DNA of 52,892 nt. Source: a virus (taxonomy: Duplodnaviria; Caudoviricetes). Both the position numbers and the translations under genes were made by a program. This document shows positions 25,872-36,400 of the stretch, one piece after another. The DNA lies in IMG/VR virus record IMGVR_UViG_3300036791_000331, positions 1-52,892 of that record. The stretch is one strand, 5' to 3'. A model generated the notes under the pieces. The model ran no database searches. It was given only the letters and a program-made list of their open reading frames with translations, and had not been told where the DNA came from. Each line of letters opens with the position of its first letter. Position 1 is the first letter of the stretch.

Positions 25872-28334
25872 ATGGCCACCGAGATAGACCGCCTCGTGGT
25901 GGTGTTCGACGCCGACTTCAAGGCGCTGTCGGCGAAGTTCGATCAGGTGGTCGCCAAGAACAAGGCCGCCAAAGCCCAGGTTGCAGAAACATGGACGGGC
26001 GAGGGCGGACTGAAGGCCATCGAAGATGCGTTCGATAGTCTCGCCGAGCACGCGGGTGCGGCGGCCGCAGATATACCAGGACTCGGGGTGGCGCTGGCCG
26101 CCCTCGGTCCGGCCGGTCTCGCAGCGGCCGCCGCGCTCGGGGCACTAATCGGAGCTTTCAGTCAGTCGAAGAAGTTTGCGGAATGGTCTGATGATCTGGT
26201 GACGACCGCCAAGGGCCTGGACCTGACCACGACCCAGGTACAGGAGTTCGATCACGTCTTCACGGCGCTGGGCATCAACATCGAGGCCGGTCGCCAGACC
26301 CTGAAGTCGCTCTCGATCGACATCGGCAACATCACGAGCGGCGTGGCCAGGGCGCAGACGGTAAAGGTGTTCACCGAGGCGCTCAAGATCAGCCCGGACG
26401 ACCTGAAGGGCTGGGGAACGCTGGAAGAGCAGCTTCCCCACGTCCTCGACGCCATGGCCAAGATGAATGGCCAGCAGCTTCAAGGTTTTGCCCAGAGATT
26501 GCACCTGGACCCTGCTGCGATTGCCACTCTGGTCGATGCGCGCGGCAAGGTGAACGACCTCGTTGACGAGGCGCACCGCTATGGGCTGGTTGTCGATGCC
26601 GACATGGTCAAGAAGGGCGCGGAATTAAACGCCCAGCTAAAGACGACCTCGCAGATCATCGACAACGACATGAAGGTCGCCTTTGCGGGACTTGCTCCGA
26701 TCATCCTGGGGGTTGCTCAAAACATCGCCTACACGACCGGGGCGCTCAACGAGTTAATTCAGAGCTTCAAAAAGCTGGATGACCGCAACACGACGGCCTT
26801 GGAGACCGAGCGTCAAAACCTGCTGAAAGGTTACGACGCTACCTTGCGTGAGTTTCCGGGCGTCCAGCCGTCCAAGAACACAGGCCAGACCAACTTTGAC
26901 TTCGGCACGCCGAGCGACCGCCTGACGGCGAGCAGCAACCGCATCGCCCAGATCGACGCGATCCTGGCTGAGCGGGCGAAAGCGGACCAGCCGCCGCCGA
27001 CTCCGCCGCCGACGACGCTGGTCCCGCCGAAGCCGAAGCCGACGAGAACCGACACCACCCAAAAGGACCTGGACGAAGCGCAGGCGGCGCAGGCCAACGC
27101 CGAGAAGGCCGAGCTTCAGGCGACGCTGGCGCTGACCACCGGGATCGACGCCCGCGCCAAGATCGAGCAGCAGATCGCCGAAAAGGAACTTGAGGCGGCG
27201 CTCGACGGACTGGAGAAAAGGCGGGCCGCCGCCGAGAACGACAAGGGCCTTCAGGGCGCGAAGCGGGCCGCCACACTCAAGTCGATCAACGACGACATCA
27301 ACGCGGCCGAGATCGCCTTGATGAACGCCGAGATCAGCAAGGAAAAGCTGGCCGCGCAACAGGATCAGGTCGCCAAGATCGAGGCGAACACCGCGCAGAT
27401 CAGCGCCGACACGGCGGCCCAGGCGGCGGCCCTCCAGGAGGGCGCGAACCACCTGACCGCGCTTGCCGCCCTCTCCGACGTCCAGGCCGAGCGGGCCACC
27501 TACGAGCGCCAAGCGCTGGCCGAAACCCAGGAACGCGACCGGGTCCTGGCCGACAACGTGGTGAAAAATGCCCAGTCTCAACTGGAGATGGCGACGGTAA
27601 CCGGCGACTTGGTCAAGATGGTCCAGGGCCTGACGGCTGTCGGTGTGGCTCAGGACGCCAGGACCGCGCTCACTCAGACGCACGCCGACCAGATCGCCGC
27701 CCAGAACAAGGCCCTTGAGGACCCGATCCAGAAGTACCAGGACAGTCTAAAAGACCTGAACACCATCATGTTGACCGATGGGGTCAATGCCGCCAAGAGT
27801 TTGGGCGATAGCCTCGCCGACGCCCTGGTCAACGCCAAGTCGTTCGGCGACGCGGTGGACAGCGTGTTCCGAAATCTGCTTCAGCAGATAATCTCGCAGA
27901 TGCTTCAACAGAGCCTGATCTCGCCTCTATTGTCGGCATTCAGGACTCTTATTCCCGGCGCCGGAATAGCCTCGGCCTCGACATTCTCCGGCGCGGCCGC
28001 CACGCTCCAGACGGCGGCCGGAGGGTCGGACTACACCAGGGGCGGGCTGACCCTGGTCGGTGAGCAGGGGCCGGAATTGGTCAACATGCCAGTTGGCGCG
28101 CAGGTGATCCCGAACGGCGCTCTGCGAAACCTCGGCATGGGCAAGCCTTCGTCGAACGGGACGACGATCAACTTCGATAACCGGGGCGCGGTGATCTGGG
28201 AGCAGGCGGCGCGGCAGATGATGAGCTACGCCGACCGGGCGGCGATGACCGCCGGGGTCGGCGCGGTTCACGTTTCGCGCGCCGCCACGCCGAATGATCT
28301 CTCGCAGATGGCCAGCCGGAGACTGGGGTCATGA
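25872..28334 (+). CDS. Tail tape measure protein
   Basis: 820 aa, Ala-rich helical, C-terminal LVGEQGPE; synteny. Confidence 0.9.
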   Translation: MATEIDRLVVVFDADFKALSAKFDQVVAKNKAAKAQVAETWTGEGGLKAIEDAFDSLAEHAGAAAADIPGLGVALAALGPAGLAAAAALGALIGAFSQSKKFAEWSDDLVTTAKGLDLTTTQVQEFDHVFTALGINIEAGRQTLKSLSIDIGNITSGVARAQTVKVFTEALKISPDDLKGWGTLEEQLPHVLDAMAKMNGQQLQGFAQRLHLDPAAIATLVDARGKVNDLVDEAHRYGLVVDADMVKKGAELNAQLKTTSQIIDNDMKVAFAGLAPIILGVAQNIAYTTGALNELIQSFKKLDDRNTTALETERQNLLKGYDATLREFPGVQPSKNTGQTNFDFGTPSDRLTASSNRIAQIDAILAERAKADQPPPTPPPTTLVPPKPKPTRTDTTQKDLDEAQAAQANAEKAELQATLALTTGIDARAKIEQQIAEKELEAALDGLEKRRAAAENDKGLQGAKRAATLKSINDDINAAEIALMNAEISKEKLAAQQDQVAKIEANTAQISADTAAQAAALQEGANHLTALAALSDVQAERATYERQALAETQERDRVLADNVVKNAQSQLEMATVTGDLVKMVQGLTAVGVAQDARTALTQTHADQIAAQNKALEDPIQKYQDSLKDLNTIMLTDGVNAAKSLGDSLADALVNAKSFGDAVDSVFRNLLQQIISQMLQQSLISPLLSAFRTLIPGAGIASASTFSGAAATLQTAAGGSDYTRGGLTLVGEQGPELVNMPVGAQVIPNGALRNLGMGKPSSNGTTINFDNRGAVIWEQAARQMMSYADRAAMTAGVGAVHVSRAATPNDLSQMASRRLGS

Positions 28335-28897
28335 CCATTGTCCTGCCGCCGCCGCCTCGGGGCGCAGTGGTCACGCCGCGCTTGGTCAGGACCGGCGGCG
28401 ACCTGACCTCGACTCTCGGCGGCCCGACCCAGCGGATCACCCGCGTCGGCTCGCGCTATGCCTGTGACATCCAGCTGCCGCCGCTGGATGCGGACTGCGC
28501 GGCCTCCTGGCTGGCCTGTCAGCTTGAAGCCGAGGCGATGGGCTCGACCGTGAGCCTGCCCATGCCGCAGATGATCCCGGCGGCCAGGACCATGGCCTTC
28601 GTGACCGGCTCGGGGAACTCCGGCGGCAACGTGATCACCGTCGATGGCAATGAGCGCCCTCCGGTCGGGGCGTGGCTGTCGGTCAGCGTCGGCGGCCGCA
28701 GCTATCTGCATTTCGCCACTGCGCAGACAGGAACGCACGGTCTCCAGGTCGGGCCCCTCCTGCGTGTCACCTTCCCGAGCGGCACCGCCATCGAAGTCGA
28801 GACCCCGCTGCTGGAGGGCTACCTGGACGACCCGGCGTGGTCGGTCGAGTTTTTCCGCTTCGTCGGTAACAAGTTCACCATCACCGAGAGTGCGTGA
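28331..28897 (+). CDS. Distal tail protein
   Basis: LGG..QRI.R.GSR...F.ITE; follows tape measure gene. Confidence 0.7.
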   Translation: MTIVLPPPPRGAVVTPRLVRTGGDLTSTLGGPTQRITRVGSRYACDIQLPPLDADCAASWLACQLEAEAMGSTVSLPMPQMIPAARTMAFVTGSGNSGGNVITVDGNERPPVGAWLSVSVGGRSYLHFATAQTGTHGLQVGPLLRVTFPSGTAIEVETPLLEGYLDDPAWSVEFFRFVGNKFTITESA

Positions 28898-29511
28898 TGC
28901 CTGACGCTGGCGGATATCTGGCCGACCAGTTCGAGCCACCTTCGCTCCTGCTGTTCGTGGCGGTCGAAATCGAGTTGGACAGTGGTTTCCTGCGCCTCAT
29001 AGACGGCTCAGGGTCGGTGTCGTTCCTCGGGCGCACCTTCACCGGCCTCGATCCCGAATTCGGCGTCCTGGCCGGGTTCGACGTGGTCACGGACGGCTTC
29101 GGGAACACCGCGCCCTCCCTGAACGTGACCATCAACCCGCCGACGTCGAGCGCCGCTGCGATCCTGGCCAGCGAGGATATGCAGGGCAAGACGGTGTCGA
29201 TCTGGCTCGGGCTCCTGACCCCTGGCGCAGGCGTGGTTCAGGACCCGCTGCTGGTGTTTTCGGGCCAAGTCGATCAAGGTGTGCTGAGCGTCGGTATCGG
29301 CTCGCGCAGTATTGCGCTGGCTTGTGTCAGCATCTGGGAACTCATGTTTGACGACAACCAAGGGGTCAGGCTGACCAATGCCTATCATCAGGCGGCGTGG
29401 CCGGGTGAGCTTGGCCTGGAGTACGTCACCGCCGTGACGCGCCAGCTTCCATGGGGCGCAGACACGCCACGTCCGCAGGTGGTCGCCGATGCGCTTACAG
29501 TCAAGCTATAA
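28894..29511 (+). CDS. Tail hub / baseplate protein
   Basis: RL.DG.G...F.G.D..FG...H...WPGE.GL.YV......WG. Confidence 0.7.
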   Translation: MMPDAGGYLADQFEPPSLLLFVAVEIELDSGFLRLIDGSGSVSFLGRTFTGLDPEFGVLAGFDVVTDGFGNTAPSLNVTINPPTSSAAAILASEDMQGKTVSIWLGLLTPGAGVVQDPLLVFSGQVDQGVLSVGIGSRSIALACVSIWELMFDDNQGVRLTNAYHQAAWPGELGLEYVTAVTRQLPWGADTPRPQVVADALTVKL

Positions 29512-29953
29512 GGCCCCGCTCGTCCGCAGGGTGGAGATCGCCCAGGCCGCGCTCAACGCCTACATCGGCAAGCCCTTCGAATGGGGCAAGTACGACTGCG
29601 CCCGCCTCGGCGCGTTCGTGCTGCGTGAGGCGGGCTTCAGTCCGGGGCTGGCGAAGTTCGGCGAGTATCACTCGGACATCACCGCCAGGAAGGCGCTCCA
29701 GCGGGCCAAGGTCGGCTCCCTGGTCGAGGCTGTGGACCTGACCGGGTTGGCGCGCACGACGCCCGCAGCCTGCCTCCCGGCCGACCTGATCGCCTTCCCT
29801 GGCGAGGCGGGCTGGCAAGGGCTGGCCGTGGTCCTGGGGAACGGCCGGGTGCTCGGTTTCACCGAGTCGGTCCCGGACGGGGCCTGCTCGATCATCGCTG
29901 CGCGCCTGGAACTCGCCGTGGCCGCCTGGAGCGTCCCGCCATGGCAAAAATAG
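29489..29953 (+). CDS. NlpC/P60-like tail tip protein (DUF6950-like)
   Basis: PF.WG..DC motif. Confidence 0.7.
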   Translation: MRLQSSYKAPLVRRVEIAQAALNAYIGKPFEWGKYDCARLGAFVLREAGFSPGLAKFGEYHSDITARKALQRAKVGSLVEAVDLTGLARTTPAACLPADLIAFPGEAGWQGLAVVLGNGRVLGFTESVPDGACSIIAARLELAVAAWSVPPWQK

Positions 29954-32900
29954 CCATCGCCATCGGGCTCGCGATCCTGATCGTGGTGGCCCCTCCCATC
30001 GGCGCGGCCGCGTTCGGCGTCGGCGGGAGCTTCGCGGCAGGGCTCGCGGCAGTAGGGCCTGCCTTCGGCGCGTTCATCGGCGCGGGCGCGGCCGGGATCG
30101 GGGGCGCCATCGCCGCCTGGGGCACCGTGGCCCTGTTCGCCGCGAGCGCGCTGATATCGGCCCCCAAGGTCGGGCGCGGCGCGGCCGGATCGCAGGTCAA
30201 CTTTCAGGCCGACCCCTCCGCAGGGTTTCCCTTGATGCTCGGGCGCTCGGCGACGGCGGGCAAGATCATCCACGCCAACACTGATGGCCAGGGCGACAAG
30301 AACAAGGCGCTCTACTACCTCGTCGCCCTGACCGGCGGCCCGCTGGGCAACTTCGAGAAGCTGATCGCCACGGATCAGGACTGCACCTTCGACGGCTCAG
30401 GCCGCTGCACCGCGCCAGGGACTTGGGCTGGCAAAATGTTTCTAAACGTCACGCCGGGCAATAAACCTGACGCCGTCGCTTATTATCCGGCCGGGATCAG
30501 TCAGTCTCAGTGTCCAGAGTGGACAGCTGCAAATAAACTCTCAGGGATCGCCTGCGCGTGGTGGACGATGCTCTACGACACGACGGCCTATGCCGGAGGC
30601 GTGCCGCAACCGCTGTTCGTGATCCGAGGCCCGTCAGTCTATGACCCGCGCGCCGACAGCACCTATCCGGGCGGCAGTGGGCCGCAGCGGTGGAACGATG
30701 TCACGACCTGGAGCCAGACGGGTACGGACAACCCGTTTCTGCAAGGTCTCGCATGGTGCATAGGCCGCTTCGACAACGGTAAGCTCACCCACGGTATCGG
30801 CGCGACTATCGACACTATCGATGTCGCCGCCTTCGTGGAGGGCGCCAACGTCTGTGACTATAACAACTGGACTATCGGCGGCGAGGTGCTGTCGTCCGAC
30901 AAGAAGTGGGACGTGCTGACCAGCATTCTGCAAGCTGGCGGTGGCGAGCCGATCCAGCTGGGCGGGCTCATTTCCGCATTCGTCCGCACACCGAAGGTGA
31001 TCCTGGCCACCCTGACCGGAGCCGACACCGTGGGCAATATCTCGATCACCGGGACCAAGCGCCGACGCGACCGCCTGAACCAGATCATCCCGACCTATCG
31101 CTCCGAGGCGAACAACTGGCAGCTGGTCCCGGCCGGGGCGGTGACGGTGAACGAGTATATCGGCCCGGACGGCGGGCTCAGGTCGAAAGAGGGCTCGTAC
31201 CCGCTGGTCCAGGACCCGGCGCAGGTGGCGCAGCTGGCCGCCTATGACATCCTCGATGCTCGGGAGTTCGAACCCATCGTCTTGCCGCTCGGGCCGCGCT
31301 GGCAGGGCGTCGCGCCGGGCGACTGCATCCAGATCACCGAAGACGAGTTCGGCATGGGCGAGGGCCAGCCGGTCATCATCGAGACGCGCCAGCTGGACCT
31401 CGCCGCCGGAACCGTGACGCTGACCTGTCGATCAGAGACGGCCGGGAAGCACGACTATGCTCTCGGGCGCACCCCGAACCCGCCGCCCATCCCCGGCCTC
31501 CAGCCAAGCGACCCGACCTATGTGGCCGCGCCTGATCCGGGCTCCTGGACGGCCTGGGGTGGCGTGCTCCAGGGCGCTGACGGATCGCAGGTTCCCGCCA
31601 TCGTGGTGACCGGCGCGGTGAACGACCCGAACATCAACGGGGTCATCATCGAGTATGCGCTGGAGCTTGGCACCGGGCCGCCCACCTTCGGCGACTGGGT
31701 CTCGGATATGTTCCCGGCCACGATCAGGCGCGCCGAGTTCAGGGCGGTGATCTCGGGCGCCACCTACCACGTCCAGGTGCGCTATCGCTCGGTGCGGGAT
31801 GTCGAGGGTCATCTGGTCCTGGACCTCGGGCTGGTGACCGTGGGGTCGAGCATTTCGCAGGGCGTCGCCGACATCGGCGGGCAGACTCCCGAGGAATTGC
31901 TCCAGCAGCTTGAGGATACGACCACCCTGGCGCAGAACGCCTCGGATCAGGCGGCGCAGACCGCCAGTGATCTCGTGTTCACCAACCAGAACCTGCACGA
32001 CGCCACCACACTTCCTGACGGGACGGACCTGGAAACCTACACCGTCAACAATGTAACCAGCCTGACCAACTCCAGCACTTACTCGACCACCCGGCTAGAT
32101 GCTATCGGGATCATGCGCCCGGACGGTAAGACCTTCCAGCTGTCCGACACCACGCTCTACGCTGACCCGACCAACACCTGGGGCAACTATAAGCAGAGCC
32201 TCCAGGTTTCTATCGGGAACAACACCTCCGCGATCACCACTGAACAGACCACCAGGGCCAACGCCGACAGTGCGCTCTCGACGCAGATCACCAACGTCAG
32301 TTCGACGGTTAGTGGCAACACCGCCTCGATCAACAACCTGCAAACCTCGGTCAATGGCCTGAACGCCCAGTGGGTGCTCTCGGTCTCGTCGTCGGGGCCG
32401 GGATACCAGCAGGTGGCCGGGATCAAGCTGGCGGCGAACCCGACCACCAGCAGCATCGCCTTCGTCGCCAGCCAGATCGGCTTTACCGATGGCACCACGC
32501 CAATCTTCCCGCTGGCGATAGTCGGCGGCAAAGTGATCGCGACCAACTTCCAGGCCGACGACATCAAGGCGAACACGATCACCACCAACAAGATCGTGGC
32601 GAACAATATCAGCGTCGCCAGTCGTATTCCTTGGAGCGGATCGCTATCACCTAGTGGGACTGCGCCCGGCCCGCAGATAATGTCTAGTGTGTTCAATTGT
32701 TCAGGAGGATACATAGACATCGACCTTTGGTTCAATGCCACAACATCGTCTAACCTGGAAATTGATCTAGTCTACACACTGTTTATCGACGGAGCTCAGA
32801 TCGACACCTTCGGCTGTGCTTGCCATTCTCTGAATTACGGCTCTAGCTATAATGAGGCTACATATAGTTATAAACATAAGCCAGCAGCTGGAAACCACAC

Positions 32901-33000
32901 CTATTCAGTTAACGTGTCCCAAATTACATACACAGGATCGGGTTCCGCTCTTATTAAGAGAGGCACTATGACTATTCTCGATAACAAAACACAAAGTTGA
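29941..33000 (+). CDS. Central tail tip / host-specificity protein (J-like)
   Basis: G..VYDPR.DST.PGG.G, NP, FN3-like segment, coiled coil, C-terminal AG..L.......F.A..F. Confidence 0.85.
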   Translation: MAKIAIAIGLAILIVVAPPIGAAAFGVGGSFAAGLAAVGPAFGAFIGAGAAGIGGAIAAWGTVALFAASALISAPKVGRGAAGSQVNFQADPSAGFPLMLGRSATAGKIIHANTDGQGDKNKALYYLVALTGGPLGNFEKLIATDQDCTFDGSGRCTAPGTWAGKMFLNVTPGNKPDAVAYYPAGISQSQCPEWTAANKLSGIACAWWTMLYDTTAYAGGVPQPLFVIRGPSVYDPRADSTYPGGSGPQRWNDVTTWSQTGTDNPFLQGLAWCIGRFDNGKLTHGIGATIDTIDVAAFVEGANVCDYNNWTIGGEVLSSDKKWDVLTSILQAGGGEPIQLGGLISAFVRTPKVILATLTGADTVGNISITGTKRRRDRLNQIIPTYRSEANNWQLVPAGAVTVNEYIGPDGGLRSKEGSYPLVQDPAQVAQLAAYDILDAREFEPIVLPLGPRWQGVAPGDCIQITEDEFGMGEGQPVIIETRQLDLAAGTVTLTCRSETAGKHDYALGRTPNPPPIPGLQPSDPTYVAAPDPGSWTAWGGVLQGADGSQVPAIVVTGAVNDPNINGVIIEYALELGTGPPTFGDWVSDMFPATIRRAEFRAVISGATYHVQVRYRSVRDVEGHLVLDLGLVTVGSSISQGVADIGGQTPEELLQQLEDTTTLAQNASDQAAQTASDLVFTNQNLHDATTLPDGTDLETYTVNNVTSLTNSSTYSTTRLDAIGIMRPDGKTFQLSDTTLYADPTNTWGNYKQSLQVSIGNNTSAITTEQTTRANADSALSTQITNVSSTVSGNTASINNLQTSVNGLNAQWVLSVSSSGPGYQQVAGIKLAANPTTSSIAFVASQIGFTDGTTPIFPLAIVGGKVIATNFQADDIKANTITTNKIVANNISVASRIPWSGSLSPSGTAPGPQIMSSVFNCSGGYIDIDLWFNATTSSNLEIDLVYTLFIDGAQIDTFGCACHSLNYGSSYNEATYSYKHKPAAGNHTYSVNVSQITYTGSGSALIKRGTMTILDNKTQS

Positions 33001-33010
33001 GGGCCCAGCC

Positions 33011-33406
33011 ATGATACCCGGAGCCTTTTCTCTGAACATCTATCGCGGCGATACCCACGCCTGGAGGTTCACGCTATGGCAGGATGACGCCAGGACGGTC
33101 CCGGTTGATCTAACCAACGTGGCGGTGAAGTCCGAGATCAGGGACCGGCCCGCCGGGGCGGTGATCCAGCCGCTTGCCCTGGCGGTCACCCTGCCCAACA
33201 TCATCGACGCCACCCTGACCTCGGCGCTCACCGCGCAGCTGCCGACCTCGGGGCGCTGGGACTTGCAATTGACGGACGTGGCCGGTTGGGTCTCGACGGT
33301 CCTGGCCGGGACGGTCACTGTTCTGGGCGATGTCACCGACAGCACCGGAGAGCCTTCGGCGGCGGCGGCCCGGCGGCGACGGACCGGGCACTTCGCGGAG
33401 GCTTGA
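33011..33406 (+). CDS. BppU-like fibre adaptor
   Basis: L.IY.GDT...PVDLT...WDLQ....G...T...G.V.V..DVT. Confidence 0.7.
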   Translation: MIPGAFSLNIYRGDTHAWRFTLWQDDARTVPVDLTNVAVKSEIRDRPAGAVIQPLALAVTLPNIIDATLTSALTAQLPTSGRWDLQLTDVAGWVSTVLAGTVTVLGDVTDSTGEPSAAAARRRRTGHFAEA

Positions 33407-33408
33407 GC

Positions 33409-36400
33409 ATGGCCGACGACCTCGACACCCAGCCTATCGAGATCATCGACGCCGACGTGCAGTTGGTCGTCGAGGTCGACGTCAACGGCCCTCCGGTCGT
33501 CCTGGTGGACGTCGAGACGCCGCAGGGCATTCCTGGCCCTCAGGGACCGCAGGGAGTGGTCGGCCCGGTCGGGCCTGTCGGACCCATCGGGCCGATGGGA
33601 GGGCTTCAGGTCATCGTCGCCTCGCACGACACGACGGGCGCCACCGACACGCCTGCGATCCTGGCGGCGCTGAACGCGGGGAAAGAGGTCGTCCTTCAAG
33701 GCGCGTACTACCTGAACGCCGGGGTCACGATCCCGCCGGGGGCGGCCATCGACGGCGGCGGCGGGTTCCTGCCCGGCCTGACCCCGGCCGGGACGATCCT
33801 CTATTTCACCAACGCCGTGCCGACCCTGGTCACGGTCGGCGGGAACGTGAGCGGCGGCCCTGGAGGGCTGCGCGGCATCTCTGTCGTGCGCCAGGGCTCA
33901 GGCGCGCCCGCAGGCTCGGTCGGCGTCTTCGTTCAGGACGCCTCCAATGCCAACGTGGTCGATGTCCTGTCGCTGAACAGCGCAATGTGCTGGGCCTTCC
34001 GGCGCGACAGCGGGGCGGCTGGCGGTATCCAGGCGACTTGCTCGCGCCTCTACAGCGGCAACCCCGGTGATGTTCACGTTCAGATCGACGGCTGGTCCGA
34101 GCTCCGCTTCAGCGACTGCACCTTTGGGTTCCCCGGCAGTGCGAGCGCAGGCAACGCCTATGTGCGCTTGACCGGGAACGGCACCGTTATCCCGTTCGAT
34201 ATTGAAATGAGCAACTGCCGCTTCAGCGGATCGCCTCCGCTCTACTTCATGCGGATGGTAAACCTCGTCGGCGCTGGCTCGATCACCGAACTTAAGCTGG
34301 ACAGATGTCACGTCGAGGGCGTCGGAACGGCGATGTTCTCCAGTGACGCGACGGTGGTCCTGATCGAGCGGTTCACGATCACCGACTGCACCCTGATCGG
34401 CACCAGTCAACCGATGTGGGCCTTGAATGCAGCGACGCAGATCATGCGCGCCAACTTCAAGGGAACCCAGTTCTTCGGCAACGACTTCAGTCTCGCGCCG
34501 ACGCCCGCCTTCGTCGCGGTCTCGATGGTCGGCAATTTCATCTTCTCGCCCGGCAACCTGACCATTCCGGCCGGGTCAACGATCACCCTGATCGGCAACA
34601 CCTGGAACGGCAACCTGACCGTCACTGGGGCCGGGAGCCTCGTCACTTGCGGGGACAACTTCACCACTGGCCAGTTAGTCAACAACGGGACCGGGACCGT
34701 GACCACGGTCGGCTTGAACGGACTGTGGTCCGGGCAGTCGGTGAACGTGATGGGGCCTGCCACCGGGAACCGGGCGTTCAACATCCTGACCGGAGTATCG
34801 CCCGGATCAGCCTCGACGCGCTGGGCGATGCTGGCCAACAACACCGCCGAGACCGGGGCCGCCGCAGGGTCGAATTTCCTGCTGGCCCGGTATGACGACA
34901 CCGGGGCTTATGTAGACAGCCCGCTGAGCATTGTCCGCAGCACCGGCAATGTCAGTATTGCCCACGGCCTGACCGTCTCCGGGGCGCTGACCGTGGCGGG
35001 GAATACCGCCCTCAACGGCGCGCTCACCGTCTCGGGCCTCTCTGCCATCAGCGGCGCGGCCGGAACGCAGCGAAACCTCGCCTTTCAGACCGCAGGATCG
35101 ACGCGCTGGCTAGTGTTCGCCAACACCACGGCCGAGAGCGGCGGCAACGTCGGCTCGGACTTCTTCATCCAGCGGTGCAACGACGCGGGCGTCGCCATCG
35201 ACAACCCCTTCGTCATCACCCGGTCAAACGGGGCGGTTGGTATCTCGACCACCCTGGCGGTCGGCGGCACTATCGCGGGCTCGGGGTTCTACATCAACGG
35301 CGCGGCTGCGACGACTCGTCAGATCACCTTCCAGACGGCCGCAGTGGCGCGGTGGCGGGTGATCGTCGATAGCTCGGCCGAGAGCGGCAACAACATAGGC
35401 TCCAATTTCTACATCCAGAGCCAGACCGACGCCGGAGCCGCGCTTACCAACGTCGTGTTCATCAACCGGGCCACCGGCTTAGTCACTATCGGCGGCGGGT
35501 CGATGCTCGTCAGCAACTCCGGCGCTGGCCCTGCGACGTTAGCCATCAGCGCCCCGGCGGGCCAACAGCGCGACCTGTTCTGGCAGACCGCCGGGTCTAC
35601 GCGGTGGGTTGCTTACTGCACCCAGACCGCCGAGGGCGGGGCCAACGCTGGGTCAGACTTCAGCGTCGGCCGCTATGACGACACCGGGGTGTTTATTAAC
35701 CCGGTCCTGACGCTTACCCGCAGCACTGGTGCGGCGTTGTTCAACAATTCCCTCCAGGTGAACGGCGGCGCGCTCTACATCAACGGCGGGGCGGCTTCGA
35801 ACCGAGGGCTTTGGTATCAGAGCAGCGGGGTCGCGCGCTGGCTGGTTGACGTCACCAACACGGCCGAGAGCGGTAGCAACGCCGGGTCAGACTTCGCGAT
35901 CTACAACTATAGCGACGCCGGGGCTTATATTAGCACGCCGCTATCGATCACCCGCAGCACTGGCCTGACCACGCTCAACTTCGGCTTGAACGTGACCGGC
36001 GCGGTGGAAATGAGCGGCGCTGTCGATGTCGTCGGTGCGTTTACTATGCACACCAGCGCCACGCTCTATGCGGGCTCACCGTTATACCTGACCGCCCCAG
36101 CCGGGACCGGCCGGGCGATCTACTTCCAGACGTCCGGGGCGACCCGCTGGACCGTGACCGCTGATGGCGCGGCCGAGAGCGGAAGTAATATCGGCACGAA
36201 CTTCGTCATCAACCGCTACAACGACGCCGGGACTTTCGTCGATCAGCCGTTCACCATCCAGCGCGCGACCGGCATGGTGACGCTGAATAACGGCCTCACC
36301 GTAAACGGATCGAACCCGGCGGTGGGAGCCGACATTTACCTCAACACCCCGACGCCGTTCGGCCGGAACCTCTGGTTTCAGACCAACGGCGTCAACCGTT

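Noticed and set aside
29489-29953. NlpC/P60-like gene as the missing endolysin
   Set aside because: Its position between hub and tip genes is that of a structural tail-tip component, and the usual catalytic His is not evident
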